From Minisyncoccia bacterium (lineage in GTDB: Bacteria; Patescibacteriota; Minisyncoccia; Phycocordibacterales; UBA918), in the NCBI GenBank assembly GCA_041742075.1, contig JBGSJJ010000013.1, forward strand, positions 1,801-65,800: DNA of 64,000 nt. Reading direction: 5' to 3'. Under the pieces are notes generated by a model that searched no databases, was not told the origin of the DNA, and worked only from the letters and a program-made list of their open reading frames with translations. Each line of letters begins with the position of its first letter. Positions within the stretch are counted from its first letter, which is position 1. The position numbers were made by a program, and so were the translations under genes. Positions 17,332 through 27,217 of this stretch are shown piece after piece.

Positions 17332-19419
17332 CTACACCACTTCAGTTTTTGGCACCTCAAGCGCCTTGCTTGGGTCACCGAGTTTTTCTTCAGCCAAACG
17401 TGCCTCACGGTACGCATCTTTTATCTCAACTCCGAGCTGTTTAAGCATTGCCTCGTACTCTTCTCGTTCGAGTGTTTCTACTTCAAAAAGCTTCTTTGAA
17501 ATTATATCAAGTGCCGACCGGTGCTTAGTTAGAATTTCGCGGGCGGTATTCTTTCCATCCTCAATCAATTTTGCTACCTCGTCATCGATCGCTTTGGCGA
17601 TTTGTGGCGAATATCCTCTGTCTTCACTCATACCACCGCCAATCATACGTCCTCCAGTACCCTCAAGTGCGACCGGCCCAAGCGCACTCATGCCGTACTT
17701 CGTCACCATGTCGCGCGCTAGGTTAGCTACTACCTGCAGGTCGTTTGACGGACCAGTTGAAAGGTCACCAAAAATCATTTCTTCTGTCACGTAGCCACCG
17801 AGCGTCATCGCAATATCGTCAACGAATTCTTTCTTGGTGTGCATCCGACGGTCTTCGTCCGGAAGCTTGAGTGTGTAGCCAGCCGCCCGCCCGCGGGAAA
17901 TAATCGAAATCTTTTGGACTGGGTCAGCGTACGGAAGCACTGAAGCAACAAGCGCATGTCCGACTTCATGGTAGGCCGTCACGAGACGCTCTTGTTTTGA
18001 GAGCACATGACTCTTTCGCTCAGGTCCGAGCATAACTTTTTCAATTGAGCGAATCAGGTCAAACTGCCCCACTTTCTTTCGGGTCTCGCGCGCCGCCAAG
18101 ATAGCTGCTTCGTTCATAAGTGAGTAAAGGTCAGCTCCAGAGAAGCCTGGTGTGCGCTGGGCAATGATGTCTAGGTTTACATCTTCCTGAAGTGGCTTCT
18201 TCCGTGAGTGTACGACGAGAATCGCTTTTCGGTCGTTACGGTCAGGGAGGTCAATCGTGACGCGTCTATCAAACCGTCCAGGACGAAGCAATGCTGGATC
18301 AAGCACGTCGGGTCGGTTCGTTGCGGCCATCACAATCACCTTCGCATTTGGCTCAAAGCCATCCATCTCCACCAGAATTTGGTTGAGTGTCTGTTCACGC
18401 TCATCATTACCTCCACCAACACCCGTACCGCGAACTCGCCCCACCGCATCGATTTCATCAACGAAAATAATTGCTGGTGCGGCTTTTTTGGCCATTGAGA
18501 ATAAGTCACGCACCCGGGAAGCTCCGACACCCACAAACATTTCTACAAACTCACTACCTGAAATAGAGAAGAACGGCACTCCTGCTTCACCAGCTACTGC
18601 CCGAGCAAGGAGAGTCTTACCGGTACCTGGTGCTCCCATCATCATCACCCCTTTCGGAATCTCAGCGCCAATGTCGAGGAACTTCTTTGGGTTTTTGAGG
18701 AAGTCAACGATTTCTTCTAGTTCCTGTTTCGCCTCCTTTGCTCCCGCCACGTCTTTGAAGGTAACTTTTTGTGACTGATCGTTTGGGTCAATTAAGCGTG
18801 CTTTACTTGAGCCAAAATTAAGTGCCTGGATACCAGCTCCTTTAACTGAGCGAGTAAAAAACCAAATGATGATACCAAGAAAAAGTAATGGGAAAAGAAA
18901 TGGGGCAAAGTTTGCAAACCAATAAGTAAACCCAGTTTCTCTTTGTACATCGATGCGTACCTTAGCGAGTTGTTCGGTCGTAACCCCTAGGTTCGTCAGA
19001 GTTTCAGACACAGCGGCATCTGTTTCCTTTTTGGCTTCTGCACTGTTCCGCCCCTCTTCAAGGTACTCAACCTCAATCATTGACCCTCGTACAATAAGTT
19101 CCTTCACCTCACCATTCTGCACTTGACCAACAATATCTGAAATAGACACCTCCTCTGGCTTAACCGTGTTGTCAGTGAGGTACGAGTACCCCGCACTCAC
19201 CAAGATGAGCAACATGATGGTCGACAAGATGTTGTTCCAAAAGTTACCCGGTCCAACTGGGATATGCTTTTGCGCATTTTTAAACGACGGCATTTGGCGT
19301 CCTTTCTTCGGCTCGACTGGCTTCTCAGGCTTTGGTTCGTTACCCGCTTCTACCGGTACTTCCGATGTCGTCGTGTCTTTATTTTCCTCATTAATTTCTG
19401 GGTTTTTTGAGTCAGTCAT
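17332..19419 (-). CDS. ftsH: ATP-dependent zinc metalloprotease FtsH
   Basis: Two TMs, [27 protein letters not shown]; start MTDSK. Confidence 0.97.
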   Translation of the reverse strand: MTDSKNPEINEENKDTTTSEVPVEAGNEPKPEKPVEPKKGRQMPSFKNAQKHIPVGPGNFWNNILSTIMLLILVSAGYSYLTDNTVKPEEVSISDIVGQVQNGEVKELIVRGSMIEVEYLEEGRNSAEAKKETDAAVSETLTNLGVTTEQLAKVRIDVQRETGFTYWFANFAPFLFPLLFLGIIIWFFTRSVKGAGIQALNFGSSKARLIDPNDQSQKVTFKDVAGAKEAKQELEEIVDFLKNPKKFLDIGAEIPKGVMMMGAPGTGKTLLARAVAGEAGVPFFSISGSEFVEMFVGVGASRVRDLFSMAKKAAPAIIFVDEIDAVGRVRGTGVGGGNDEREQTLNQILVEMDGFEPNAKVIVMAATNRPDVLDPALLRPGRFDRRVTIDLPDRNDRKAILVVHSRKKPLQEDVNLDIIAQRTPGFSGADLYSLMNEAAILAARETRKKVGQFDLIRSIEKVMLGPERKSHVLSKQERLVTAYHEVGHALVASVLPYADPVQKISIISRGRAAGYTLKLPDEDRRMHTKKEFVDDIAMTLGGYVTEEMIFGDLSTGPSNDLQVVANLARDMVTKYGMSALGPVALEGTGGRMIGGGMSEDRGYSPQIAKAIDDEVAKLIEDGKNTAREILTKHRSALDIISKKLFEVETLEREEYEAMLKQLGVEIKDAYREARLAEEKLGDPSKALEVPKTEVV

Positions 19420-19484
19420 ATGCCCGCCATTATACAGAAATTGTGCTCGATTGCGAGCATCTGGCCCTCGAGCAACTTCTTTGA

Positions 19485-20396
19485 CTAACTCCGTAAGAGA
19501 CTCGTCCACCACGCTTGCGATTTTGCAATGACACCCTTAACTACATCACTATTTTGCTCCAGACTGGTAATTGAGCCATCACCCCAGACCGTCATCATCT
19601 TTATGGCTTTATTTTTTCGAATCGCGTCAAGAATCCGCAACCGTGAATGCCGGCGATCATTGGCTGCCATACGGAGAGCATGGGTCATCCGAAACCGAAA
19701 CAACGTATTATTTAAAAGCTGTTCATGCCAAGGGATTGAGGAGACGGATTTATCTTGATTAGTAATGAGCAAAATATGGGTAGCTTGTATATCTTCAATC
19801 GCTTTACCGATTATGTGTGGTCGAGCAAACCCACCATCGGTGTACCGCTTACCATTTATAAAAATACGACTCATGGTGATGTTTGGCATCGAGATAGATG
19901 CTTCAATACCCATAAAAACCCCTTCTTCGTCTGTTGGAGAAATCAGCTCAGGCTCCGCGGTATAAAAATCAGTTACTCCGTAATAAATTTTTGTTTTATG
20001 GCTTAGGATGCGCTGTGTATCAAGACGCTTCCGTTCGTCGTTTTTGAATACATCAAGTAGGTACTGAAAATGAATTTGATTGGAGAGGCGTTTGAAATTT
20101 GCAAACTCTGGTGAGCAACACTCCTCATACATTACACTCGCTCCAGCTTCTACGTTACCTGATAAAAAGTAGCTTATTGTAGGCGCTCCCGAGGAAATGC
20201 CGACCATCGCACTCCACACCTCACTGTACCCAGCTTCAGCTAATGCAACGCAGGCACCTGCACCATAGACCCCTTTCATCAGACCGCCATCGACTATCAA
20301 AAGTAACTTGATATGATCGTGAGGACGACCAGCTTGCATGAGTTCTTTCTTTTCGCGCATCGCATCGAGTACACTTGTGTCACCTTCGAGTATCAT
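19485..20396 (-). CDS. Patatin-like phospholipase
   Basis: DGGLMKG oxyanion, GISSG nucleophile, DGG catalytic Asp. Confidence 0.85.
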   Translation of the reverse strand: MILEGDTSVLDAMREKKELMQAGRPHDHIKLLLIVDGGLMKGVYGAGACVALAEAGYSEVWSAMVGISSGAPTISYFLSGNVEAGASVMYEECCSPEFANFKRLSNQIHFQYLLDVFKNDERKRLDTQRILSHKTKIYYGVTDFYTAEPELISPTDEEGVFMGIEASISMPNITMSRIFINGKRYTDGGFARPHIIGKAIEDIQATHILLITNQDKSVSSIPWHEQLLNNTLFRFRMTHALRMAANDRRHSRLRILDAIRKNKAIKMMTVWGDGSITSLEQNSDVVKGVIAKSQAWWTSLLRS

Positions 20397-20416
20397 AGTT
20401 GCGGTATTATGTAGTA

Positions 20417-20899
20417 ATGTCTATAGTAGCACGCGCACAAACGTACGTCAGATTCCTTCTTTTTAGACCAGACAAGTCTTTTAGATGGGATTCATTTTTT
20501 CTTGGCCTTGGGTTATTGCTTGTTCTAGCAATTACTTCTGACAGATTTTTTACTCCCCCAACAAGCCCAGCCATGCTCGCTCAAGCTGAGTCGTACCGAC
20601 TCAAAACAAACAAGCCTATCCCTCCTTCAGTGTTCACTCAAGACGGCTGTTCACTTTTCCCTGACCAGTTTTTAGAAAGCAATTTTAGAGAGGCTTGCTT
20701 AGCGCACGACATCCGGTACTGGCTTGGTGGCAGGGATGAAGAGCGAGCACAAGCAGACACGCAGTTATATACTGACGTAGCGGGGTCAGGAATTTTTGGT
20801 GCAATTCTGGCTCCCCTGGTATACACTAGTGTCCACATTTTCGGAGATAGCTGGCTTACCAAAAGCATTGATGCCAATTGGGGCTACGGCTATAACTAA
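20417..20899 (+). CDS. Membrane-anchored prokaryotic phospholipase A2-like protein
   Basis: TM then DGCS...CLAHDIRYWLGG...RAQAD motif. Confidence 0.55.
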   Translation: MSIVARAQTYVRFLLFRPDKSFRWDSFFLGLGLLLVLAITSDRFFTPPTSPAMLAQAESYRLKTNKPIPPSVFTQDGCSLFPDQFLESNFREACLAHDIRYWLGGRDEERAQADTQLYTDVAGSGIFGAILAPLVYTSVHIFGDSWLTKSIDANWGYGYN

Positions 20900-20905
20900 C
20901 CTCTT

Positions 20906-21355
20906 ATGACTACCTACATCCAAAACAAAAAAGCTAGCTTTAATTTTGAACTACTCGAAACCTTTGAGGCCGGAGCAGTGCTTTTTGGCTATGAAGTGAA
21001 GTCGCTCCGGGGCGGTATGGGCAAACTCGACGGTGCGCACGTACTAATTCGTGGTGGTGAAGCTTTTTTGGTTGGTGCCTCGATACCCGCTTTTCAGCCA
21101 GTCAATGCGCCAAAAAGCTACGATCCGGAGCGTGTACGTAAGCTCCTTATGACAAAAAAACAGTTGGCGTTACTCGAGCGAGAAAGTGAACAGGCGGGCT
21201 TGACAATAGTGGCATTAAAATGGTATAATAGTAATCGGAAATTGAAGCTTGCAATTGCGCTTGCGCGTGGTAAAAAGAAAGCTGATAAGCGTGAGTCCCT
21301 AAAAGCCAAAGACGCTAAAAGAGACATCGCCCGTACCTTGAAAAGCCAGTACTAG
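20906..21355 (+). CDS. smpB: SsrA-binding protein
   Basis: NKKA, EAGAVLFGYEVKSLR, RKLL, RGKKKADKRE. Confidence 0.97.
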   Translation: MTTYIQNKKASFNFELLETFEAGAVLFGYEVKSLRGGMGKLDGAHVLIRGGEAFLVGASIPAFQPVNAPKSYDPERVRKLLMTKKQLALLERESEQAGLTIVALKWYNSNRKLKLAIALARGKKKADKRESLKAKDAKRDIARTLKSQY

Positions 21356-21447
21356 CCATAGTACGTTACTTCAGTTACAGATAGGTGGAGGGAATTATTC
21401 CCGAAACCATAACCACGACCACCATACTTCTAAGGAGGGACTAAAAA

Positions 21448-21609
21448 ATGCCATCACCAAGAAGGCGTAACGACGAGGACGACGAGGTCTTTCTCGACCC
21501 CGATCCGGCAGAGGAAGGACTGCCGAAGCGGAGCGAACTCAATTTTGAACCGACCTCCTTGCGGGAGGTCACAAGAGACGGTACGTTCCTTGAGGCCTGG
21601 GAGAGCTGA
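21448..21609 (+). CDS. 53-aa acidic small protein
   Basis: AGGAGG SD; MPSPRRRNDEDDEVFLDPDPAEEG...; stop abuts next ATG. Confidence 0.5.
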   Translation: MPSPRRRNDEDDEVFLDPDPAEEGLPKRSELNFEPTSLREVTRDGTFLEAWES

Positions 21610-21804
21610 ATGTCACTCTACCTAGTCATGAGCTCCCAACTGGGAACCAACCCTGTCGCGAAGCTAAAGGAAATCTGTCGCGACCCGGCAGACCTCCCCT
21701 TTCCGGGACCGTTCCTCACAGCCGAAGACGTCGGCGATGAGAACTTCGCCAATAGCCTGCGCCAGGCGTTCTACCCTGCACCGGAAGACCACCACACCAG
21801 CTAG
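21610..21804 (+). CDS. Small hypothetical protein
   Basis: ATG immediately after previous TGA; two hairpins follow. Confidence 0.45.
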   Translation: MSLYLVMSSQLGTNPVAKLKEICRDPADLPFPGPFLTAEDVGDENFANSLRQAFYPAPEDHHTS

Positions 21805-21917
21805 CTAAAGCGATGCTTGCAAGGCGCTTTAGCTAGAAATCTTGGCAAGGACGTGTCCCACACGTCCTTGCCTTCACCTATCTGTACCTGAAGTCAACTC
21901 AAAGCGAAAGAAGCAAA

Positions 21918-22205
21918 ATGACCTCAAACGTAAACTGGCTAAGCATCGCGCCGTACGCTGTTCTTTTTTTTGCAGTGGTATGCGGACTTAGAGTCGCGTA
22001 CATTAACTCAAGGTCTCTCAGTCGCAAAGGTCAGCCACCGGCCATGAAAATCAAGGAAATGCCGGTATTTGAGGACACGTCCTCAAAGGTTGAGCTGCCA
22101 GCAGGATTCAGGCTCGCGCCGAAGCGGGTTGACCCGGCAAAGGAAGCTGCTCGACTTCACGCCAGCAAGGACCATCCATTGCTGAGAGGCAGACCAAAAC
22201 CATGA
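21918..22205 (+). CDS. Small single-TM protein
   Basis: N-terminal hydrophobic helix; ATGA overlap with next ORF. Confidence 0.55.
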   Translation: MTSNVNWLSIAPYAVLFFAVVCGLRVAYINSRSLSRKGQPPAMKIKEMPVFEDTSSKVELPAGFRLAPKRVDPAKEAARLHASKDHPLLRGRPKP

Positions 22206-22426
22206 AGCGACCCTTTTTCTCCTGGTCAGACGTGGGGCAAAATTTGCTCGAGATACTCGAGTTGGGAGTGGGTCTTGTAGTCTTCGTCATACTCTTGATT
22301 ATGATAAAGTATCGCAAAGAGTTGTACGCTGAGTTCTGCAAACCTCTGGTAATTAGTTTCAGGAATTTTGTACACAGAGTTTCGTGCAACCAATCACTGA
22401 TTCAGATTGTGCTTCTCCTGCGCTAA
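22202..22426 (+). CDS. Small single-TM protein
   Basis: LGVGLVVFVILLIMI TM; followed by GC hairpin and U tract. Confidence 0.5.
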   Translation: MKRPFFSWSDVGQNLLEILELGVGLVVFVILLIMIKYRKELYAEFCKPLVISFRNFVHRVSCNQSLIQIVLLLR

Positions 22427-22515
22427 TCGGGCAGGCGCACCTGCGCCTGCCCGAATCTCTTTTTTATTAGAACTACCCTTCCCTGAAAGTATTGAAGTAC
22501 ATTTCAATTTTTTCA

Positions 22516-22909
22516 GGGGATGCTAGGCATCGACGGTTAGCCCCGGAAGTAGTGCGCAATGTCGAAAGTGAATGTGAATTCGTTAAAATACATTCAACAC
22601 TTACGTGCAAAGAATAGCGTAAAAAGCCCATACTTTTCGAAGTTGAGCTTCGCCCCTGCTGTAGCGTAAATAACGCTCGCAGTCAGCGACATCACTTCTC
22701 CTGACGTCTGATACGGAGGAGTTGGTGTAATAAACATCGGACTCTTAGCTACCGCTCCGCAGTAGTGATAGCTAGAATTTCTTACTGCTCGACAGTCTGG
22801 ACTTTGGTTTTCTTTTAATCCAGGCTGTTTAAACCCAAAGGAGGACTATACATTGTAGACCCACCGCTTTCACCTAATTCGGACGGGAGTTCAATTCTCC
22901 CCATCTCCA
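22516..22909 (+). ncRNA. ssrA: tmRNA; tag (A)AKNSVKSPYFSKLSFAPAVA* at 22607-22669
   Basis: 5' GGGGATG...TCGAC; 3' GACGGGAGTTCAATTCTCCCCATCTCCA; tag ORF ending AVA*; near smpB. Confidence 0.93.
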
Positions 22910-23121
22910 CGAGTACAAAAAACAGCTCACACATTTTTGTGTGGGCATTTTTTGTTCGTGGAGATGGGAGCAAGCAAACTACTTTGCTTGCGTGAGAATT
23001 GAACTAAGCATAGCGATGTGACTTTGTCACGAGTGAGCTCGGGGAGGAAGTTCTTAGTATTTTAAGAGTGGTACGAATTAAAATACTTAGAAACTTGACC
23101 CTTCATTCTCCCCATCTCCAC
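22894..23121. repeat. tmRNA 3'-end repeats: 17-bp direct copy (23105-23121) and split inverted copy (22956-22970 plus 22994-23005)
   Basis: ATTCTCCCCATCTCCAC twice; TCGTGGAGATGGGAG and GAGAATTGAACT are reverse complements of the tmRNA acceptor end and T arm. Confidence 0.8.
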
Positions 23122-23207
23122 CGACATATAAGTATGTAGAAATACATGGAACAACATAGAAGTTTACTCGTATGGGTAAGCTTTTTTGTTTTGGTATACT
23201 TAATTTA

Positions 23208-23513
23208 ATGCAAATTATTCTCCTTGATTCTGTTGAAACATTTTTTGGGTCACTAAACGCAAAAGAAATTGCCAAAATAATTCGAACAATTGAATTACTA
23301 GAAGAATTTGGTAATGATTTAGGAATGCCACACAGCAGACACATGTCTGATGGTCTACTGGAACTACGGATACGCGGAACTAGAGAAATTAGAATATTCT
23401 ACTGCTTCCATAAGAAACAGGCTGTTTTACTACATGCCTGTATCAAGAAAACCCAAAAGACACTCGATAAAGAACTAGGCAGAGCGCGAGACGCAAAAGC
23501 ACACTTGCAATAA
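23208..23513 (+). CDS. Type II toxin, RelE/HigB (Gp49-like) family
   Basis: LGMPHSR...LLELRI...RIFYCF...LLHA..KKTQKT. Confidence 0.9.
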   Translation: MQIILLDSVETFFGSLNAKEIAKIIRTIELLEEFGNDLGMPHSRHMSDGLLELRIRGTREIRIFYCFHKKQAVLLHACIKKTQKTLDKELGRARDAKAHLQ

Positions 23514-23539
23514 TATAACTTATAAGTTATATTTACTTT

Positions 23540-23815
23540 ATGAGTACTACATTCAAACAATTTAAAACCAAAACTCTCAAGGACCCAGTCGTCAAAACTG
23601 AGTACGAAGCGCTTGGAGCAGAGTATGGGGTAGTAAAAACTATTATCAAAGAACGTGTTAAGCGTGGCTGGTCTCAGACAGAACTGGCAGAAGCCATCGG
23701 TAGCCGCCAGCCAGTTATTTCTCGCCTGGAACGTGGTGACGGCAATCCTTCCCTGCAAACCCTCAGTCGCATTGCCAAGGCACTAGATTTATCCCTCAAG
23801 GTATCGATGCGGTAA
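23540..23815 (+). CDS. XRE-family HTH antitoxin (HigA-like)
   Basis: WSQTELAEAIGSRQPVISRLERG..NPSLQTL; directly after toxin. Confidence 0.9.
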   Translation: MSTTFKQFKTKTLKDPVVKTEYEALGAEYGVVKTIIKERVKRGWSQTELAEAIGSRQPVISRLERGDGNPSLQTLSRIAKALDLSLKVSMR

Positions 23816-23984
23816 TCACCAAAAATCAACAATCTTCAAAAATTCACACACTCCATTTCAATCAAAGGGGTTTTTCACCACAAGAGCATTTCCAAAATTA
23901 TGTTCGAGTGAACTCTCACTAATTTCTAGGTCACTTGAGTTAAAGTGCTCTACTTATATAAAACTCATCAAGACTCAAAAATCT

Positions 23985-24539
23985 CTACTCTAAGACTCTT
24001 TCAGTGAATTCCCACGGTTTCTCATTACTACTTGAAATTAAATAGGTGCAGTCTTCTCCTGCAAGATTGCAAGCATCAACTTTGAGCAAACTGTCTTCAG
24101 TCCATTCTACAACTCGGCCCCAGGTACGGTTATGGAGTATACCCCTGCCTGCTTCATATACCTCAACAAATGAATCCTCGAACTTACTTCCTTGCAAGGC
24201 AACGAACTTTTTGTCGGGAGAAATATATCCTTCGTGATACGAAACAACTTCAAAGTAATTCTCTATCGTTGAAGGGTTGTCTGATTCGGCGATTCTGACC
24301 CGGTAGTTTGTACTCAGTACTACGTATACACCTAGGTCACTTTCGCCATCCCCAATTTCTACACTATCTAGAGTAACCACTTCTTCACTCGGTACCGGTG
24401 TTTCATGATTGTCTGAATTGGTTTTGCCTTCTTCTGAAGTAATGGCTAGTTTACTTACTTCCTTATCCCTATAACTTATGTAGACAAGCAAAGCTGTGAG
24501 GGTTAAAACTACCACTGAGAGAGTGATGATTTTATTCAT
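23985..24539 (-). CDS. Hypothetical membrane-anchored protein
   Basis: N-terminal TM; ISPDKKFVA beta-propeller-like motif. Confidence 0.6.
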   Translation of the reverse strand: MNKIITLSVVVLTLTALLVYISYRDKEVSKLAITSEEGKTNSDNHETPVPSEEVVTLDSVEIGDGESDLGVYVVLSTNYRVRIAESDNPSTIENYFEVVSYHEGYISPDKKFVALQGSKFEDSFVEVYEAGRGILHNRTWGRVVEWTEDSLLKVDACNLAGEDCTYLISSSNEKPWEFTERVLE

Positions 24540-24568
24540 CTTTTCAGCCTACCACACCTGAAACAGAA

Positions 24569-24611
24569 GCACATAATAAAAACCGCCCTTAAGGCGGTTT
24601 TTATTATGTGC
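24569..24611. terminator. Terminator hairpin
   Basis: GCACATAATAAAAACCGCC/GGCGGTTTTTATTATGTGC. Confidence 0.8.
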
Positions 24612-24620
24612 ATTTGCAGT

Positions 24621-25475
24621 TTAGTTTGTCAGAGCGGGGGTTGTCGTCGCCATTATCTCTGAGACAGTCGTTGTGCTAACTTCTATAATCATCGCATCAG
24701 CTCCCTCTGGTTCAGGTTTCACTTCGGCTGGCTTTTCAACTTCTGCACCAAGAATTCGCTCAAGCTCAATATCTTGTAGTGCATTTGCGATAGTGTCAAT
24801 TGCTTTAGCGATATCGCCTTCAGCGATACTTTCGCTAGCGCGAGTGAGATTCTTCTTCGTGTCATCGCGAAGCGTATCACTCATTTCGTTACCCTCTGCA
24901 TGAACAAGGACCTGTCCAAGGAAGTCACTAAGGAAAGCTTTTACTTCATCGTTAGTGGCATGCACAATGAACTGATCTATTCGGTTTGAGAAAATATTAG
25001 CAACTTCTCGGCGCTTCTCTTGTATAGCGTCAGCAACAATAACCATGTGTTCACTCCGCTCGGCCACCTCTTCTATCGTACGTAACCGTACTTGTAGGTT
25101 GTGGGTCATCCGTAGAGCGTCTGGCCTTGATATACCGACTGTTTCTTCAGCAGCCAGTAGTGCTACGACAGCATCTGAGTGTCCCCGGGTAGTGTCTACG
25201 AGTTTCCAAAGTATTGCTTCATCAACCGCTGAACGTTGACTTAATACTTTGGTTTCTTCAGCTCGTCTCGCTAGTAATGTGAGTTGATATTCACCCTGCG
25301 CAACAGGTGTTTGATAGAACATACCAACCCCCTTTTCAAGGCCGTTTATCTTAAGGGTATAGAGCGGACTACTCACCGAAGCGGTGAAAACAAAGCCGAG
25401 TAGTATGAGAAAAACTGCTAACGCAGATAGTGCCACAACGAGTGATTTATTTGATTTTATATTGTCTAAGTTCAT
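24621..25475 (-). CDS. Membrane-anchored helical protein (DUF5667-like)
   Basis: TM then SPLYTLKINGLEK...ARRAEE motif; start MNLDN. Confidence 0.6.
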   Translation of the reverse strand: MNLDNIKSNKSLVVALSALAVFLILLGFVFTASVSSPLYTLKINGLEKGVGMFYQTPVAQGEYQLTLLARRAEETKVLSQRSAVDEAILWKLVDTTRGHSDAVVALLAAEETVGISRPDALRMTHNLQVRLRTIEEVAERSEHMVIVADAIQEKRREVANIFSNRIDQFIVHATNDEVKAFLSDFLGQVLVHAEGNEMSDTLRDDTKKNLTRASESIAEGDIAKAIDTIANALQDIELERILGAEVEKPAEVKPEPEGADAMIIEVSTTTVSEIMATTTPALTN

Positions 25476-25569
25476 TATTCTATTGTACCTGAATACGCGA
25501 CAGACTGATAGGCTACACAAAATGGGCGCCAAACTGCGTTTTGGCGCCCATTTTCTCTCTACCTACAGC

Positions 25570-25635
25570 TTAGTTTTTGGTCGCAACCAAAGAAAAGCTC
25601 AGGGCAATCATGTCGTCAATAACGTTGTCTGCTAG
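25570..25635 (-). pseudogene. Displaced duplicate of the yceI 3' end (LADNVIDDMIALSFSLVATKN*)
   Basis: Colinear with yceI C-terminus LADNVIDDMIALSFVLVAEKN*; terminator at 25519-25554. Confidence 0.85.
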
Positions 25636-25734
25636 ATTTTTGAGAATACTTGAAATAATCAGTTTAGAAGATGTACGAAAAAACCGCGAAGGCAAGGCCT
25701 TCGCGGTAGTTGTTCAAAGAACAGATATTCACCG

Positions 25735-27141
25735 TCATGCTGCGAGTGCGCATGAGGTACCACGAGCACACTTCTCGGCAGCAGTCTTGCCATAGGATGT
25801 CAACACGACCGGCAGACCGAGCAGTCCACCGAGTCGATCAGCATAGGCTTCACCCCGCTCAGAGACTGGAGTGTAACTTGCTTCAGCCTTCCGTAAGACC
25901 TCACCGAGTAAGAGCTGGTGCGGCTTGTTCTCAGCGTCGAACTTCGGCCGGAGCGCAGTTACGTAGTCAACGTCGGAGCGCGAGCGTGGCTCGATGATAA
26001 GTGCGGCCACTTCAGTGTTGGTGAGTGCACCGGCCGGTACTCGATAACGAGTTGCAAGCATCGGTGACGGCACCGTATCGAGACGATCAAGGTGTGTGAC
26101 CACAAGCGAGTCAACTCCTTCACTCGCCATAAGCGCATAGCGCGTAAGTGGAACATCGAACCAGCCGACCCGAAACCCTTCCTGCCACGTGCTGTAGCGA
26201 TTGTGCTCATCAGGAAGCTGTGTCGTCAGTGACATGTCTTCGGTTGGAAATGGTCCGGCGCCGTGACGAGTGCTGTATGCGCGCACCACGCCGTAGCGAG
26301 AAACCGGCTTGTCATAGCCGATATCCGCGAGGAGCGTGTTGGCATTCTTCGCCGTCGTCGTGCTCCAGGTGGTGTACGGATGGAAGCCGTGCCGCTCATC
26401 AAGCAGCACCCCTTGTGCCCCTTCGAAGATGAGTGGCTTGGTTTCGGCCAGCCGCTTGAGTGTCCGCACGGAAGCGATAGTGAGACGCTTGCCGATTTCG
26501 TAGAGAGCGGAAGCAATCAGCTCCGGCGCCCGGTAGTCGTAGAGGTGCTGTAATTCCTCACCGAGGTATCCGTACGATCTGAGCTCGTTGAAGTACGGCG
26601 AGAACTCGACATACTTCAGTTCCTGAAGAGTCTTGAGACGCACGAGAAGCGTCGAGCGCGAGCGTAGATCAGCAACCCGAATCGTGAGCTCGGGATGGGC
26701 GATGGAGTCCGACATCGTTTCGCCGATACCCATGCCACAGCTACCGTGACGACCATGACCCCGGAGCATTTCCCGCAGACGATTGCCGGCTTTCTGGAAC
26801 GGCGTCACGACGATCGCGTCGCCGTCAATCGCGATTCGAGCGAACGGTTCCGTGACACCGAGCTGCTCGAGACGTCGTGCCTCCTCCTTGAGGGCGAACG
26901 GGTCAACAAGCATGAAACGTGAGAGGAACGTCCGCACACCCAAAACGAAGGTGCCGCTCCCAAACTGGGAGAAGGTGTGGTGACGGCCGGTTGCAGTGTG
27001 CACGTTGTGCGCGGCCTGTGCACCGCCGTTGTAACGAACAACGACCGCGCCTTCCATTTGGCGAGCTAGATAGTCAACAGTCGTACCCTTGCCCGCGTCG
27101 CCAAACCCGAGGTCGGTCACGATAGTAGCTCTTTGTTCCAT
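25735..27141 (-). CDS. Divergent adenylosuccinate synthetase (PurA-like)
   Basis: GFGDAGKG, RYNGGAQAAH, FEGAQG.LLD..HG.HPYTT, TRHGAGPFPTE, GWFD, THLD; start MEQRA. Confidence 0.9.
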   Translation of the reverse strand: MEQRATIVTDLGFGDAGKGTTVDYLARQMEGAVVVRYNGGAQAAHNVHTATGRHHTFSQFGSGTFVLGVRTFLSRFMLVDPFALKEEARRLEQLGVTEPFARIAIDGDAIVVTPFQKAGNRLREMLRGHGRHGSCGMGIGETMSDSIAHPELTIRVADLRSRSTLLVRLKTLQELKYVEFSPYFNELRSYGYLGEELQHLYDYRAPELIASALYEIGKRLTIASVRTLKRLAETKPLIFEGAQGVLLDERHGFHPYTTWSTTTAKNANTLLADIGYDKPVSRYGVVRAYSTRHGAGPFPTEDMSLTTQLPDEHNRYSTWQEGFRVGWFDVPLTRYALMASEGVDSLVVTHLDRLDTVPSPMLATRYRVPAGALTNTEVAALIIEPRSRSDVDYVTALRPKFDAENKPHQLLLGEVLRKAEASYTPVSERGEAYADRLGGLLGLPVVLTSYGKTAAEKCARGTSCALAA

Positions 27142-27217
27142 AACGTGATTCCTTGTGTGAGAGAAAAGAAAAGCGGTGGCGCGAAGCGCCACCGCAGAGG
27201 TGTTCGGTGTGTTCAGC

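Noticed and set aside
25735-27141. PurZ (2-aminoadenine pathway)
   Set aside because: Retains Asp in GDAGKG where PurZ has Ser; no dATPase, MazZ or phage polymerase adjacent
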